DNA from: Chitinophaga pinensis
Lineage (GTDB): Bacteria > Bacteroidota > Bacteroidia > AKYH767-A > OLB10
Length of the DNA: 64,000 nt
NCBI GenBank assembly: GCA_943332105.1
Contig: CALQOD010000002.1
Span: forward strand, 109 to 64,108
Reading direction: 5' to 3'
Part shown: in pieces, positions 1 to 9,679 of the stretch
How the letters are laid out: each line of letters starts with the position of its first letter
Position numbering within the stretch: the stretch's first letter is position 1
Position numbers and translations under genes: made by a program
Notes under the pieces: generated by a model
What the model saw: only the letters and a program-made list of their open reading frames with translations
The model's database searches: none
What the model was told of the DNA's origin: nothing

Positions 1-1
1 T

Positions 2-103
2 TTGGAAAAACAGCGAATTAAAGCTTGGAGAGATGTGGGTGTAGCTTACGGTGAAAATCAACCAGATGTTGTTTATCAGATTGATTGGATATTTGTAAGA
101 TAA
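2..103 (+). CDS. 3' end of an unidentified CDS entering from the left window edge
   Basis: Frame open from the edge (LEKQRIKAWRDVGVAYGENQPDVVYQIDWIFVR stop) ending at TAA 101-103 and followed by a hairpin plus T-run at 125-155. Too short to identify. Confidence 0.35.
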   Translation: MEKQRIKAWRDVGVAYGENQPDVVYQIDWIFVR

Positions 104-124
104 TTAAATTATATATTTTTTACG

Positions 125-155
125 GGGAGAGAGTATTTTACTTCTCTCCCTTTTT
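125..155 (+). terminator. Rho-independent terminator of the upstream partial gene
   Basis: GGGAGAGAG (125-133) pairs with CTTCTCTCCC (141-150) and is followed by TTTTT (151-155). It lies inside the N-terminal extension of tracked ORF 85..795, which argues against that extension. Confidence 0.65.
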
Positions 156-243
156 GTATAAATCAAATTTGTTCAGCAAGCTTGCAGGAGTTTTATTTTT
201 GCTAATTGTATTATTAAAATTGTATTCCCAATTATTTTTTAGC

Positions 244-795
244 ATGAAACACTTTAGGAGATTAAAAAGCCAAATTAGAAAACAATGGTTATTTAGCAAA
301 CCAATACGATGGCCCCATTATGTACACAATCTTCTGAAAAATTCTTTAAAGGCTAATAATTATAAATTTTTAGAAAATGAAGCGACAAATTTCATTACCT
401 ACGACATTGCTTTAAGTGGAAATGGTGTAGCTAAATTTGATTTTTATCACGATGGTGGAATATATGTGATTCGTGGGGTGATTAATATTTTTATCCCAGA
501 AATTAACGTACGTGATGCAATGATTATGGGGAGTCATTTAAACAACAGATTGCAATGTAGTACCATTTTTATTCATCCTGAAAGAAACGCAGTAGTTGTA
601 ATTGCCAAAATCGATTTAGCGTCTGTGGTGGCCTTCCCTAACGAATTGTTTAACTTAATCAAACAAGCTGAATATGATTGTGATTTTTGCTTTGAAGCTT
701 TTGAAAAATTAATAACGTCTGATGAAGATCCTATATTTATTATTACTGACCTGATTGAAAAAATTAATGCCGAAAAGTCAAGGGAAAATAAATAA
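244..795 (+). CDS. hypothetical protein (183 aa from ATG 244)
   Basis: ORF 85..795 trimmed to the first ATG after the terminator (MKHFRRLKSQ...). No motif recognised with certainty. It vaguely resembles small YbjN or chaperone-like alpha/beta proteins, unverified. Confidence 0.5.
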   Translation: MKHFRRLKSQIRKQWLFSKPIRWPHYVHNLLKNSLKANNYKFLENEATNFITYDIALSGNGVAKFDFYHDGGIYVIRGVINIFIPEINVRDAMIMGSHLNNRLQCSTIFIHPERNAVVVIAKIDLASVVAFPNELFNLIKQAEYDCDFCFEAFEKLITSDEDPIFIITDLIEKINAEKSRENK

Positions 796-1219
796 TGACC
801 TCCTTATTATGCCAATACCTGTTTTAACGCCTAGGTCTTCGGCTCCCGTTTTTAAACTTAGCTAAAAAGCTTTATCATTATTTTGGATGGCTTTAATAAA
901 AGGCCTGCAAACATCAATTTTAATCGGCATGAAACCTAAAAGCATTATTTATTTCTCTGATAATACGGGTATTAGTAAGGTTGAAATACAGATAAAGTCG
1001 GTATATGTGCCATTTGATTCGGGTTTCCCAATTTTGAAATTGAACATTTAATTTGATCGTATATACTTGAAAAACAAGGGGGTAAAATACAATAACGATC
1101 CTCAACTATAGAGGGGTACGATAATTTTCCTATCATTTCTTACTGATTTTCTTTCGTACCTTATTGACATTTATTACTTTTGCTCCCCTTGCACCCTCGT
1201 GTAATTTAAATGTTGAAAA

Positions 1220-1753
1220 GTGGCAACGCATAATAAAGATTTAGTCGTTAAATTCATCAGCTTAACAGCTGGAAGTCATGAGTTTAGCTTTCATATTGGG
1301 GATGAGTTCTTTGAGCAGTATCCGAATAGTCTTATTCACAAAGCGAACGTGGAAGTTGATGTAGTCTTACATAAATCGACAACCATGGAGCTGGACATTG
1401 AAATAAATGGAGAGGTAGAGGTGGAATGTGGACGATGTCTCGAAAATTTCACAATGCCTCTGAATGCGCATCAGCATCTATTGATCCGTATGGTTGAAAG
1501 TCCGAATGCGGAAGATGATGATATCGATACAATACACATTGCAAATTCAGCAAGTGAACTAGTTTTGAATAATCATATTTATGACTTTGTTACGCTGGAA
1601 GTTCCATTTAGTCCTTCACACCCCGACCTTAATGATGGGCCAGGTTGTGTGAATGAAGCCCTCGATTCTTTATCAGAAAATGAAACAGAAGAAAATAAGG
1701 AAGAAGTGAAGGGTGAGCGATGGAGCGCACTGAAAAAAATAAAATTGAATTAA
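1220..1753 (+). CDS. yceD: DUF177 / YceD-family protein
   Basis: 177 aa with a CxxC-containing core (VECGRCLENF) and an acidic tail. It sits immediately upstream of rpmF-plsX-fabH, the classic yceD position. GTG start. Confidence 0.8.
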   Translation: MATHNKDLVVKFISLTAGSHEFSFHIGDEFFEQYPNSLIHKANVEVDVVLHKSTTMELDIEINGEVEVECGRCLENFTMPLNAHQHLLIRMVESPNAEDDDIDTIHIANSASELVLNNHIYDFVTLEVPFSPSHPDLNDGPGCVNEALDSLSENETEENKEEVKGERWSALKKIKLN

Positions 1754-1773
1754 CTAATAAATAATTAAGTACT

Positions 1774-1959
1774 ATGCCAAATCCTAAGCATAAACACTCG
1801 AAATCAAGAAGAGACAAACGCAGAACGCACTATAAAGCGACTGCCCCTACAATTGCAGTTGATGCAACTACAGGTGAAGCACACCTTTATCACCGTGCTT
1901 ACTGGTACGAAGGTAAATTGATGTATAAAGGTAAAGTAGTAATGGAGCGTGAAGCTTAA
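1774..1959 (+). CDS. rpmF: 50S ribosomal protein L32
   Basis: [22 protein letters not shown] is the typical L32 N-terminus. 61 aa, with conserved rpmF-plsX synteny. Confidence 0.95.
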   Translation: MPNPKHKHSKSRRDKRRTHYKATAPTIAVDATTGEAHLYHRAYWYEGKLMYKGKVVMEREA

Positions 1960-2016
1960 TTATTCCAAGTCTTTCGAATAATAATCTCAAATTTCTTTAA
2001 AGGAAAATTGTTCATC

Positions 2017-2970
2017 ATGAAGATTGGTGTTGATATCATGGGAGGAGATTATGCTCCCCTTGAAATAACAAAAGGAGTTATTGACTCTCTTCCGCATTTG
2101 CGTGAAGGGGTTGAACTTGTTTTGTTTGGAGATATCGCCGCAATTACACAACAATTTAATGAGGTAGGCGCTGATATTTCGAAAGTTTCTATTGTTGCAA
2201 CTACCGAGGTAATTGGAATGGATGAGCATCCAACTAAAGCAATTACACAAAAGCAAGATTCAAGTATTGCTCGCGGATTCGAATGTCTCAAGCGTGGTGA
2301 AATCGATGCATTTTGCGGAGCTGGTAACAGCGGTGCAATGATGGTTGGAGCTATGTTTAGTGTTAAAACTATTCCTGGTGTTTTACGTCCCGCAGTATGT
2401 TCTGTCCTACCTAAAGAAGATGGTCCGTGGGGCGTTTTCTTAGATGTAGGATTGAACGCCGATTGTAAGCCAGAAATGCTTCAGCAATTTGGTGTTCTTG
2501 GTAGTCTTTACTTAGAGCATGTGCACGGATTTAAAAGTCCGAAAGTTGGATTGATGAACATCGGAGAAGAAGAAGAAAAAGGAAATGGTCTGACACAAGC
2601 AACTCATCAATTACTTAAAACGACAAAAGATATCCACTTTGTTGGAAATGTTGAAGGTCGTGATTTGTTTAACGACAAAGCAGATGTGATTGTATGTGAT
2701 GGTTTCACAGGTAATGTGATCTTGAAGCTTGCTGAGTCTTTCTATAATTTAATTCAGAAACGAGCAATAACAGATTCGTATTTTGAACGCTTCAATTATG
2801 AAAATTATGGAGGTACGCCAGTTTTAGGTCTGAACGCTCCAGTAATTATTGCTCACGGTATTTCAAATGCCCGTGCAGTAAAAAATATGATTCACATTAC
2901 TGAAAAAGTAACTGCTGCTCGTCTGACAGAAAAAATCGCACAAGCTATGCAGGAAAGTATTGCCCACTAA
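2017..2970 (+). CDS. plsX: phosphate acyltransferase PlsX
   Basis: MKIGVDIMGGDYAP N-terminus with GNVEGRD and CDGFTGNV motifs. ATG 2017 is preferred over the TTG at 2008 used by the ORF track. Confidence 0.93.
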   Translation: MKIGVDIMGGDYAPLEITKGVIDSLPHLREGVELVLFGDIAAITQQFNEVGADISKVSIVATTEVIGMDEHPTKAITQKQDSSIARGFECLKRGEIDAFCGAGNSGAMMVGAMFSVKTIPGVLRPAVCSVLPKEDGPWGVFLDVGLNADCKPEMLQQFGVLGSLYLEHVHGFKSPKVGLMNIGEEEEKGNGLTQATHQLLKTTKDIHFVGNVEGRDLFNDKADVIVCDGFTGNVILKLAESFYNLIQKRAITDSYFERFNYENYGGTPVLGLNAPVIIAHGISNARAVKNMIHITEKVTAARLTEKIAQAMQESIAH

Positions 2971-2973
2971 AAT

Positions 2974-3963
2974 ATGACTAAAATAACAGCTGCAATAACT
3001 GCCGTAAACGCATGGGTTCCTGATTATCTTCTAACCAATCAAGTGTTAGAAACGATGATTGATACTACTGATGAATGGATAACCTCGCGAACGGGAATTA
3101 AAGAGCGTCATATTTTAAAAACTCCCGGAGAAGCTACTTCTGATATAGGAGCAAGAGCAATAGAAGGACTATTAAAAAAACGTGGAATTTCAGCAGAAGA
3201 AATCGATTTGATTATTTGCGCAACCACCACCCCTGATATGCAGTTCCCTGCAACAGCAAATATTATTTCAGATAAAGTAGGTGCTAAAAACGCATTTAGT
3301 TATGACCTAAATGCAGCTTGCTCAGGATTTATATTTGCTTTAGCAACAGGTTCGAAATTTATTGAGACTGGTCAGTATAAAAAAGTAATTGTAGTTGGTG
3401 CCGATAAAATGTCATCAATTATTGATTATACCGATCGTGCAACATGTGTAATTTTTGGTGATGGCGGAGGTGCGGTACTGTTAGAGCCCAACACAGATGG
3501 TTTCGGAATTTTAGATTCTATTTTAAAAACTGATGGATCAGGTCTTCCTCACTTGCATCAAAAAGCAGGAGGAAGTTTAAAGCCAGCTTCAGCAGAAACA
3601 GTTGCTGCAAAAGAACATTATGTTTATCAGGAAGGGCAAACGGTTTTTAAATTTGCCGTGACAAATATGGCTGATGTGAGTGCTGAAATTATGGAGCGCA
3701 ATCATTTAACAGCAGATGATGTAGCTTGGTTAATTCCGCATCAGGCAAACAAAAGAATTATTGATGCAACCGCTCGACGTATGGGCGTAAGCGATGAAAA
3801 AGTAACTCTTAATATCGAGCGTTACGGTAATACAACCAATGGGACAATTCCTCTTTGTTTATGGGAATGGGAAAGTAAATTTATAAAAGGAGATAATATT
3901 ATTATTGCTGCTTTTGGTGGAGGATTTACCTGGGGTTCTATTTGGGTGAAGTGGGCATATTGA
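2974..3963 (+). CDS. fabH: 3-oxoacyl-ACP synthase III (KAS III)
   Basis: Active-site context LNAACSGF, HQAN and GNTTNGTIP motifs. 329 aa, downstream of plsX. Confidence 0.93.
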   Translation: MTKITAAITAVNAWVPDYLLTNQVLETMIDTTDEWITSRTGIKERHILKTPGEATSDIGARAIEGLLKKRGISAEEIDLIICATTTPDMQFPATANIISDKVGAKNAFSYDLNAACSGFIFALATGSKFIETGQYKKVIVVGADKMSSIIDYTDRATCVIFGDGGGAVLLEPNTDGFGILDSILKTDGSGLPHLHQKAGGSLKPASAETVAAKEHYVYQEGQTVFKFAVTNMADVSAEIMERNHLTADDVAWLIPHQANKRIIDATARRMGVSDEKVTLNIERYGNTTNGTIPLCLWEWESKFIKGDNIIIAAFGGGFTWGSIWVKWAY

Positions 3964-4149
3964 TTTTTATATAGCCAATCTAAACACGCTTTCAATTTAA
4001 TGTATTAAAGTTCGATTTGTAAAAAGTCGATTTTTGTAATTTTCCCTCAATTTTGAAGGAAACACAATCATTTTGGCCAATTTTTAATCAATTTTCAATC
4101 GTTTTTAAGCAAAATAGCTTATTTTTGACCACACATAAAAACTCCTTCC

Positions 4150-4614
4150 ATGAATAAAAAGGAAATCGAAGAACTTATAAAGTTCGTTTCAAAATCAGGT
4201 GTAAGTGAAATTAGCTTAGAAACTGATACGGTGAAAATCACCATTAAAAATGCAGCTCCCAAAGTTATTGAACAAGTGGTCACTGCAGCTCCAATGATGC
4301 AAATGCCTGTTCAGGTGGCGCCTTCTCCTGCACCGGTTGCAGTAGCAGCTCCAGCAGCAACAGCAGAATCAAACTACATTACGGTTAATAGTCCTATGAT
4401 CGGTACTTTTTATCGTGCCTCTAGTCCAGATAAACCAAACTTTGTTAATGTTGGTGATGAAATTAAAGTTGGTCATGCAGTATGTATAATTGAAGCAATG
4501 AAATTGTTTAATGAAATTGAGGCGGAGGTTTCAGGTAGAATTGTAAAAGTATTAGTAGATAATTCTTCTCCTGTTGAGTATGACCAGCCATTGTTCTTAG
4601 TTGATCCTAGCTAA
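4150..4614 (+). CDS. accB: acetyl-CoA carboxylase biotin carboxyl carrier protein
   Basis: Ala/Pro-rich linker followed by the biotinylation motif IEAMKLFNEIEA. 154 aa, upstream of accC. Confidence 0.93.
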   Translation: MNKKEIEELIKFVSKSGVSEISLETDTVKITIKNAAPKVIEQVVTAAPMMQMPVQVAPSPAPVAVAAPAATAESNYITVNSPMIGTFYRASSPDKPNFVNVGDEIKVGHAVCIIEAMKLFNEIEAEVSGRIVKVLVDNSSPVEYDQPLFLVDPS

Positions 4615-4645
4615 GACTTCTTGTTAAATCATTAAATAGTAAACT

Positions 4646-5983
4646 ATGTTTAAGAAAATATTGATTGCTAATAGAGGCGAGATTGCACTGCGTATTATCC
4701 GTACTTGTAAAGAGATGGGAATTCGTACTGTTGCAGTTTACTCTACAGCGGATAAAGAAAGTTTGCACGTGCGCTTCGCAGATGAAGCTGTATGTATTGG
4801 GCCTCCACAAAGTCGTGATTCCTATTTAAATATTCCAAGAATTATTGCAGCAGCAGAAATTACTAATGCAGATGCAATACATCCTGGTTATGGTTTCTTA
4901 TCGGAGAATTCAAAGTTCTCTGCTATTTGTCAGCAACACGGAATTAAATTTATTGGTGCAACACCTGAGCAAATTGATGCAATGGGCGATAAAGCCAATG
5001 CAAAAATAACAATGAAGCGAGCAGGCGTTCCTACTATTCCTGGTTCAGAAGGTTTGATATCTGATATTGAAGAAGCAAAGAAAGATGCAAAGGAAATTGG
5101 ATATCCAGTGATATTAAAAGCAACTGCCGGTGGTGGAGGAAAAGGAATGCGCATCGTTTGGAAAGAAGATGAGATGGAGAAAGCATTTGATACCGCACGT
5201 ACAGAAGCAGGAGCAGCCTTCGGTAACGACGGTATGTACATGGAAAAATATATCGAAGAACCACGTCATATTGAAATACAAATTGCAGGTGATCAATATG
5301 GGAAAGCTTGTCATTTAAGTGAGCGTGATTGTTCTATTCAACGTCGCCATCAAAAATTACTGGAAGAAACTCCTTCTCCATTCATGACAGAAAAACTTCG
5401 TCACGAAATGGGTGAGGCAGCAATCAAAGCTACACTTGCTAGTAATTATGAAGGGGTAGGAACAATCGAATTCTTAGTAGATAAGCATGGTAAGTTCTAC
5501 TTCATGGAAATGAATACGCGTATTCAGGTAGAACATCCAGTAACAGAAGAGGTAATCAATTACGATTTAATTAAAGAACAAATCAAGATTGCCTTTGGCG
5601 TTCCTATCAGCGGAAATAATCATTACCCTACTATGCATGCAATCGAATGTCGTATTAATGCAGAAGATCCTTATAATGACTTCCGTCCTTCTCCAGGTAA
5701 GATAACTGTTTTGCATCAGCCTGGCGGACATGGAGTGCGTGTAGATTCTCATATTTATGCAGGTTATACTATTCCTCCATATTATGATTCGATGATTGCA
5801 AAGTTGATTACTGTTGCGCAAACGCGAGAAGAAGCTATTCAAACAATGGAGCGTGCTTTAAGTGAGTTCGTTATTGAAGGTGTGAAAACAACAATTCCGT
5901 TTCATCAGCAACTAATGTTGAATGAAGATTTCAGGAAAGGAAATTACACCACTAAGTTTATGGAAACGTTTAAGTTGAAATAA
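4646..5983 (+). CDS. accC: acetyl-CoA carboxylase biotin carboxylase subunit
   Basis: [17 protein letters not shown], the ATP-grasp glycine loop GGGGKGMR and [14 protein letters not shown]. 445 aa. Confidence 0.96.
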   Translation: MFKKILIANRGEIALRIIRTCKEMGIRTVAVYSTADKESLHVRFADEAVCIGPPQSRDSYLNIPRIIAAAEITNADAIHPGYGFLSENSKFSAICQQHGIKFIGATPEQIDAMGDKANAKITMKRAGVPTIPGSEGLISDIEEAKKDAKEIGYPVILKATAGGGGKGMRIVWKEDEMEKAFDTARTEAGAAFGNDGMYMEKYIEEPRHIEIQIAGDQYGKACHLSERDCSIQRRHQKLLEETPSPFMTEKLRHEMGEAAIKATLASNYEGVGTIEFLVDKHGKFYFMEMNTRIQVEHPVTEEVINYDLIKEQIKIAFGVPISGNNHYPTMHAIECRINAEDPYNDFRPSPGKITVLHQPGGHGVRVDSHIYAGYTIPPYYDSMIAKLITVAQTREEAIQTMERALSEFVIEGVKTTIPFHQQLMLNEDFRKGNYTTKFMETFKLK

Positions 5984-5987
5984 AAAA

Positions 5988-6011
5988 ATCCCCGAGTTTT
6001 AGCTCGGGGAT
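5988..6011. terminator. bidirectional hairpin terminator between convergent accC and the carbonic anhydrase gene
   Basis: ATCCCCGAG / CTCGGGGAT stem flanked by an A-run on the left and a T-run on the right. Confidence 0.7.
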
Positions 6012-6035
6012 TTTTATTTTCTGTTGATTTTAATT

Positions 6036-6665
6036 CTATTCAATAAACTCTACTTTCCCACTATCTAAATGATGAACACCTCCAACAATTCCAATCTGTC
6101 CTGATGCTATCATATCACGAATAATTTCACTCTTGTTCATAATTGATTTAATCGTTTCTTCAACATTTGTTTTCGTTACATCAAAAACAAATTCTGAATT
6201 TTTGGAATTACAATCGATATGCTTTCCTTTTGATACCTCAATAGCTACAGCAGGTTGAATTTTATTCAGCAACGTAGTGAGATTACCTAGTTCAACATGG
6301 TCGCAAGCTCCTTTTACAGCTCCGCATTGTGTATGGCCCATTACAACAATTAATTTCGAACCAGCTACTTTGCATGCAAATTCAATGCTGCCTATGATGT
6401 CATCATTGCAAATATTTCCTGCAATTCTTATAGAGAAAACATCACCCAGTCCCTGATCGAATATTAATTCGGCAGAGGTACGGCTATCAATACAAGATAA
6501 AATAACTGCAAATGGCCATTGACCTTCTCGAGTCTCATTTACTTGTTGTAATAAATTACGATTGATTTTTAAATTACTTACAAAACGCTGGTTTCCTTCT
6601 TTCAAAAAGATAAGTGCCTTTTGATGCGTTATGGTTGATTGTGTTTCAAGTGTATGTGCTTTCAT
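6036..6665 (-). CDS. beta-class carbonic anhydrase
   Basis: Zinc ligand motifs SCIDSR and GHTQCGA. 209 aa. Confidence 0.9.
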   Translation of the reverse strand: MKAHTLETQSTITHQKALIFLKEGNQRFVSNLKINRNLLQQVNETREGQWPFAVILSCIDSRTSAELIFDQGLGDVFSIRIAGNICNDDIIGSIEFACKVAGSKLIVVMGHTQCGAVKGACDHVELGNLTTLLNKIQPAVAIEVSKGKHIDCNSKNSEFVFDVTKTNVEETIKSIMNKSEIIRDMIASGQIGIVGGVHHLDSGKVEFIE

Positions 6666-6682
6666 TATTTTATTTAGTTGAG

Positions 6683-8254
6683 TTAGTTAATGGTTACGTG
6701 ACTAGGAACGTTGTTTAATGAATATTTATTTTTCATTCCTATTACTTCTAATTTAATGTTTTTTTGTGGTGCAATCGTTTTTTCAAAATCCTGAATTAAT
6801 TCAACGATGTCATAGTCGATATAAAACGATTCAGACGCATCTATTTTAACTACACTGTTTTTAGGTAATTGATGTAGCGTTTCTTTAATAGCAGCCTTAT
6901 TTAAAAAACTTACCTCGTGCGCCAGCTGTATTATAATTTCTTCTCCATCATGATATTTTTTCTTATCGAAAGAATAAGCAAATTTTAAATTCGATTTCAG
7001 AATATAAAATATACTAACTACTATACCTATACCAACTCCCTTTAACAAGTCGGTAAATACAATTGCAATTACAGTTACTATAAATGGAACAAATTGAATT
7101 AATCCTTGACTCCATATTTTTTTAAAGATGGCCGGGCCCGCTAATTTGAATCCAATCATTATTAAGATGGCAGCTAATGAGGCAAGTGGTATTTTATTAA
7201 TGATAAATGGTATCGTTAGAACACAAACTAAAATTAATATACCATGGATAATGGTTGACATTTTTGATTTAGCACCTGCATTTGTGTTTGCAGATGTTCT
7301 TACAATGACAGACGTCATAGGTAGTCCGCCAATTAAGCCACTAAATAAATTTCCTATTCCTTGTGCGAGTAATTCACGATTAGGATTTGTCGCTCTTTTT
7401 TCAGGATCCAATTTATCTGCAGCTTCAATGCATAACAGTGTCTCGATACTTGCCACAATAGCAATGGTTAATGCTACTACCCATACCTGGAAATTCTTTA
7501 TTGCATCAAATTTCGGAAAGGAAAGAAGTCCCCAGAAATCATTGAGGTTTTTTGCAATGGGTAGTCTTACAAGGTGGTCGTCTGCTATTTCTAGTGGAGA
7601 TGCTTGTGACTTAAAAAATTCATTCATAAGTATGCCTGCAATAACTGCCACTAATGCACCCGGAACAAGTTTAATTTTCTTCAAGAAACTAATTTTATTA
7701 AATGCAATTAAAATCATCAAGGACACAATGAAAATAATAAATGAACCGGGATGAGAATAATTAATAGCATCGTAAATGGCAGATAAGGTATTGTTTCCTG
7801 TTGATTCCATAAAGAAAAAATCTCCCTCGTTGTCTTTGTCGTAACCAACCGCATGTGGAATTTGTTTTAATATAATAATGATTCCTATAGCCGTTAACAT
7901 ACCCTCAATCACATTTGAAGGGATATAGTTGGCAATAGCTCCCGCCTTTAATGCGCCTAGAATCATTTGTAATACGCCAGCAATTATTACAGCCATTAAA
8001 AACGCTTCGTAACTATTTAATGAAGTTATTGCACTAAGTATAATCGCCGTTAATCCTGCTGCGGGGCCTGATACACTTAATTGAGAATTGCTGAATAAAC
8101 CAACAACAATTCCTCCTATAATTCCAGATAAAATACCAGCAAATAATGGGGCCCCGCTTGCCAAAGCAATACCTAAGCACAGAGGTAGTGCTACTAAAAA
8201 CACTACCAAACCAGATTGAAAATCTGATTTTAAATTTTGAGTTGTAATTTTCAT
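6683..8254 (-). CDS. SulP-family anion transporter with C-terminal STAS domain (BicA-like)
   Basis: N-terminus LKSDFQSGLVVFLVALPLCLGIALASGAP is typical of SulP, with a polytopic core and a STAS-like tail. Adjacent to the carbonic anhydrase. Confidence 0.9.
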   Translation of the reverse strand: MKITTQNLKSDFQSGLVVFLVALPLCLGIALASGAPLFAGILSGIIGGIVVGLFSNSQLSVSGPAAGLTAIILSAITSLNSYEAFLMAVIIAGVLQMILGALKAGAIANYIPSNVIEGMLTAIGIIIILKQIPHAVGYDKDNEGDFFFMESTGNNTLSAIYDAINYSHPGSFIIFIVSLMILIAFNKISFLKKIKLVPGALVAVIAGILMNEFFKSQASPLEIADDHLVRLPIAKNLNDFWGLLSFPKFDAIKNFQVWVVALTIAIVASIETLLCIEAADKLDPEKRATNPNRELLAQGIGNLFSGLIGGLPMTSVIVRTSANTNAGAKSKMSTIIHGILILVCVLTIPFIINKIPLASLAAILIMIGFKLAGPAIFKKIWSQGLIQFVPFIVTVIAIVFTDLLKGVGIGIVVSIFYILKSNLKFAYSFDKKKYHDGEEIIIQLAHEVSFLNKAAIKETLHQLPKNSVVKIDASESFYIDYDIVELIQDFEKTIAPQKNIKLEVIGMKNKYSLNNVPSHVTIN

Positions 8255-8320
8255 AATAAAGAATAAATGATTAATTCCCTCAAATTTTTTGAGAGATAAA
8301 TGAAAGAAAATAATTCTTGA

Positions 8321-8638
8321 TTATGATTCTGGTGGTAAGTCGGGCTGTGAAGGATGTCCTTCAGCAAAACTGACGATTAACGTTAAATGAAAATGATTAA
8401 CATCTAAAGTTGTAAGGTGAACTAGTTCATCAAAAGGATTGCAAAATTTTTCTGTTTCCTTTTTATAATCTGATTTATTCCCCTTTGATTCAATATCGTC
8501 TTCCATTTCGTAACAAAACGCTAAAACAGCTTGGCCTGAACCAATAAATATGCACTTATTCACAATCATCAACGTGAATGCAAAAATCAAAATGAATGGT
8601 ACAAGATATTTAATTTGTTTCATTGGGAATATAAACAT
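8321..8638 (-). CDS. hypothetical small protein with N-terminal hydrophobic segment
   Basis: ORF only, with one TM or signal-like helix (YLVPFILIFAFTLMIV). An alternative ATG lies at 8623. No family recognised. Confidence 0.4.
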   Translation of the reverse strand: MFIFPMKQIKYLVPFILIFAFTLMIVNKCIFIGSGQAVLAFCYEMEDDIESKGNKSDYKKETEKFCNPFDELVHLTTLDVNHFHLTLIVSFAEGHPSQPDLPPES

Positions 8639-8765
8639 GCAAATCTACTATTTGTTTTAATTTATTTCTGATAATTAAATGTTAAAAATTTATATGATTC
8701 AAAGCCCATACTTTCAAAATCAAAGTTTACACAAATTCATTAGATTTGGGAATAAATAAATCGTT

Positions 8766-9332
8766 ATGACATTATCCTTTCAAGACATTATATCGGTAAC
8801 AATGATATTATTTGCCGTAATTGATATTATTGGTTCGTTACCAGTAATTATTGAAACTAGAAACAGGGTTGGTGTTATTCATTCGGAGAAAGCTACTTTC
8901 GCCTCATTGGTAATAATGGTATTGTTTCTTTTTCTCGGTGAAAGCATCTTAAAACTAATTGGTATTGATGTATCCTCCTTTGCTATTGCCGGATCGTTGG
9001 TGATATTCTTTTTAGCGCTTGAAATGATTTTAGGTATTCGCCTATATCGTGATGATATCCCTGAAACCGCATCTATCGTTCCAATTGCATTTCCTTTAAT
9101 TGCTGGTACAGGAACCATGACTACTTTAATCTCATTACGCGCTCAATACGATATTCCAACAATTTTAATTGGAATCTCCTTGAATATGATTGTAGTTTAT
9201 ATTGTACTTCGTATGGTAGGACCGTTAGAAAAGGCACTTGGTAAAGCAGGCATAAGTATAATACGAAAAGTATTCGGCGTAGTGCTTATGGCAATTGCTG
9301 TAAAATTATTCAGAACCAACGCAGGACTTTAA
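8766..9332 (+). CDS. MarC-family (UPF0056) integral membrane protein
   Basis: 188 aa, six hydrophobic segments, with the N-terminal FAVIDIIGSLPV pattern characteristic of MarC-like proteins. Confidence 0.8.
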   Translation: MTLSFQDIISVTMILFAVIDIIGSLPVIIETRNRVGVIHSEKATFASLVIMVLFLFLGESILKLIGIDVSSFAIAGSLVIFFLALEMILGIRLYRDDIPETASIVPIAFPLIAGTGTMTTLISLRAQYDIPTILIGISLNMIVVYIVLRMVGPLEKALGKAGISIIRKVFGVVLMAIAVKLFRTNAGL

Positions 9333-9679
9333 TTCATAAAATAGGGATAAAAAATAATTATTCCAATGATTGAACTGATTATTGCGAATAACAAAACTGC
9401 ACCAGCTGCAAGGTCTTTTATTTCTCCTGCGTATTTATTTTTTTCTGGAGATAAATGATTTACCATTTTTTCGATTGCTGTGTTGAATATTTCAGCAGAT
9501 AAAACTCCAGCGATGCAAATTAAAATAATTGCCCACTCACTTATCCGTATTTGAAAATATAATCCGACACTTATTGTTGCAAATGCTATTATCAATTGAA
9601 TGATAAAATTAGGTCCGCTTTTTAAAATTAAACGAATTCCGTTTATTGCATATTGGAAACTTGCTATGCTGTTTTTCAT
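9329..9679 (-). CDS. dgkA: DgkA-family prokaryotic lipid kinase (diacylglycerol or undecaprenol kinase)
   Basis: 116 aa, three TM helices, conserved SAEIFNTAIE motif. Its start overlaps the stop of the upstream gene by 4 nt. Confidence 0.85.
   Translation of the reverse strand: MKNSIASFQYAINGIRLILKSGPNFIIQLIIAFATISVGLYFQIRISEWAIILICIAGVLSAEIFNTAIEKMVNHLSPEKNKYAGEIKDLAAGAVLLFAIISSIIGIIIFYPYFMN

Noticed and set aside
85-243. N-terminal 53 codons of tracked ORF 85..795
   Set aside because: This stretch contains a strong hairpin plus T-run terminator (125-155) belonging to the upstream gene. The translation is low-complexity and AT-driven. ATG 244 is the more plausible start.
7128-7754. 208-aa ORF antisense to the SulP transporter gene
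   Set aside because: It is a shadow ORF inside a confidently identified gene. The hydrophobic translation mirrors the TM-rich sense strand, and nothing supports it independently.
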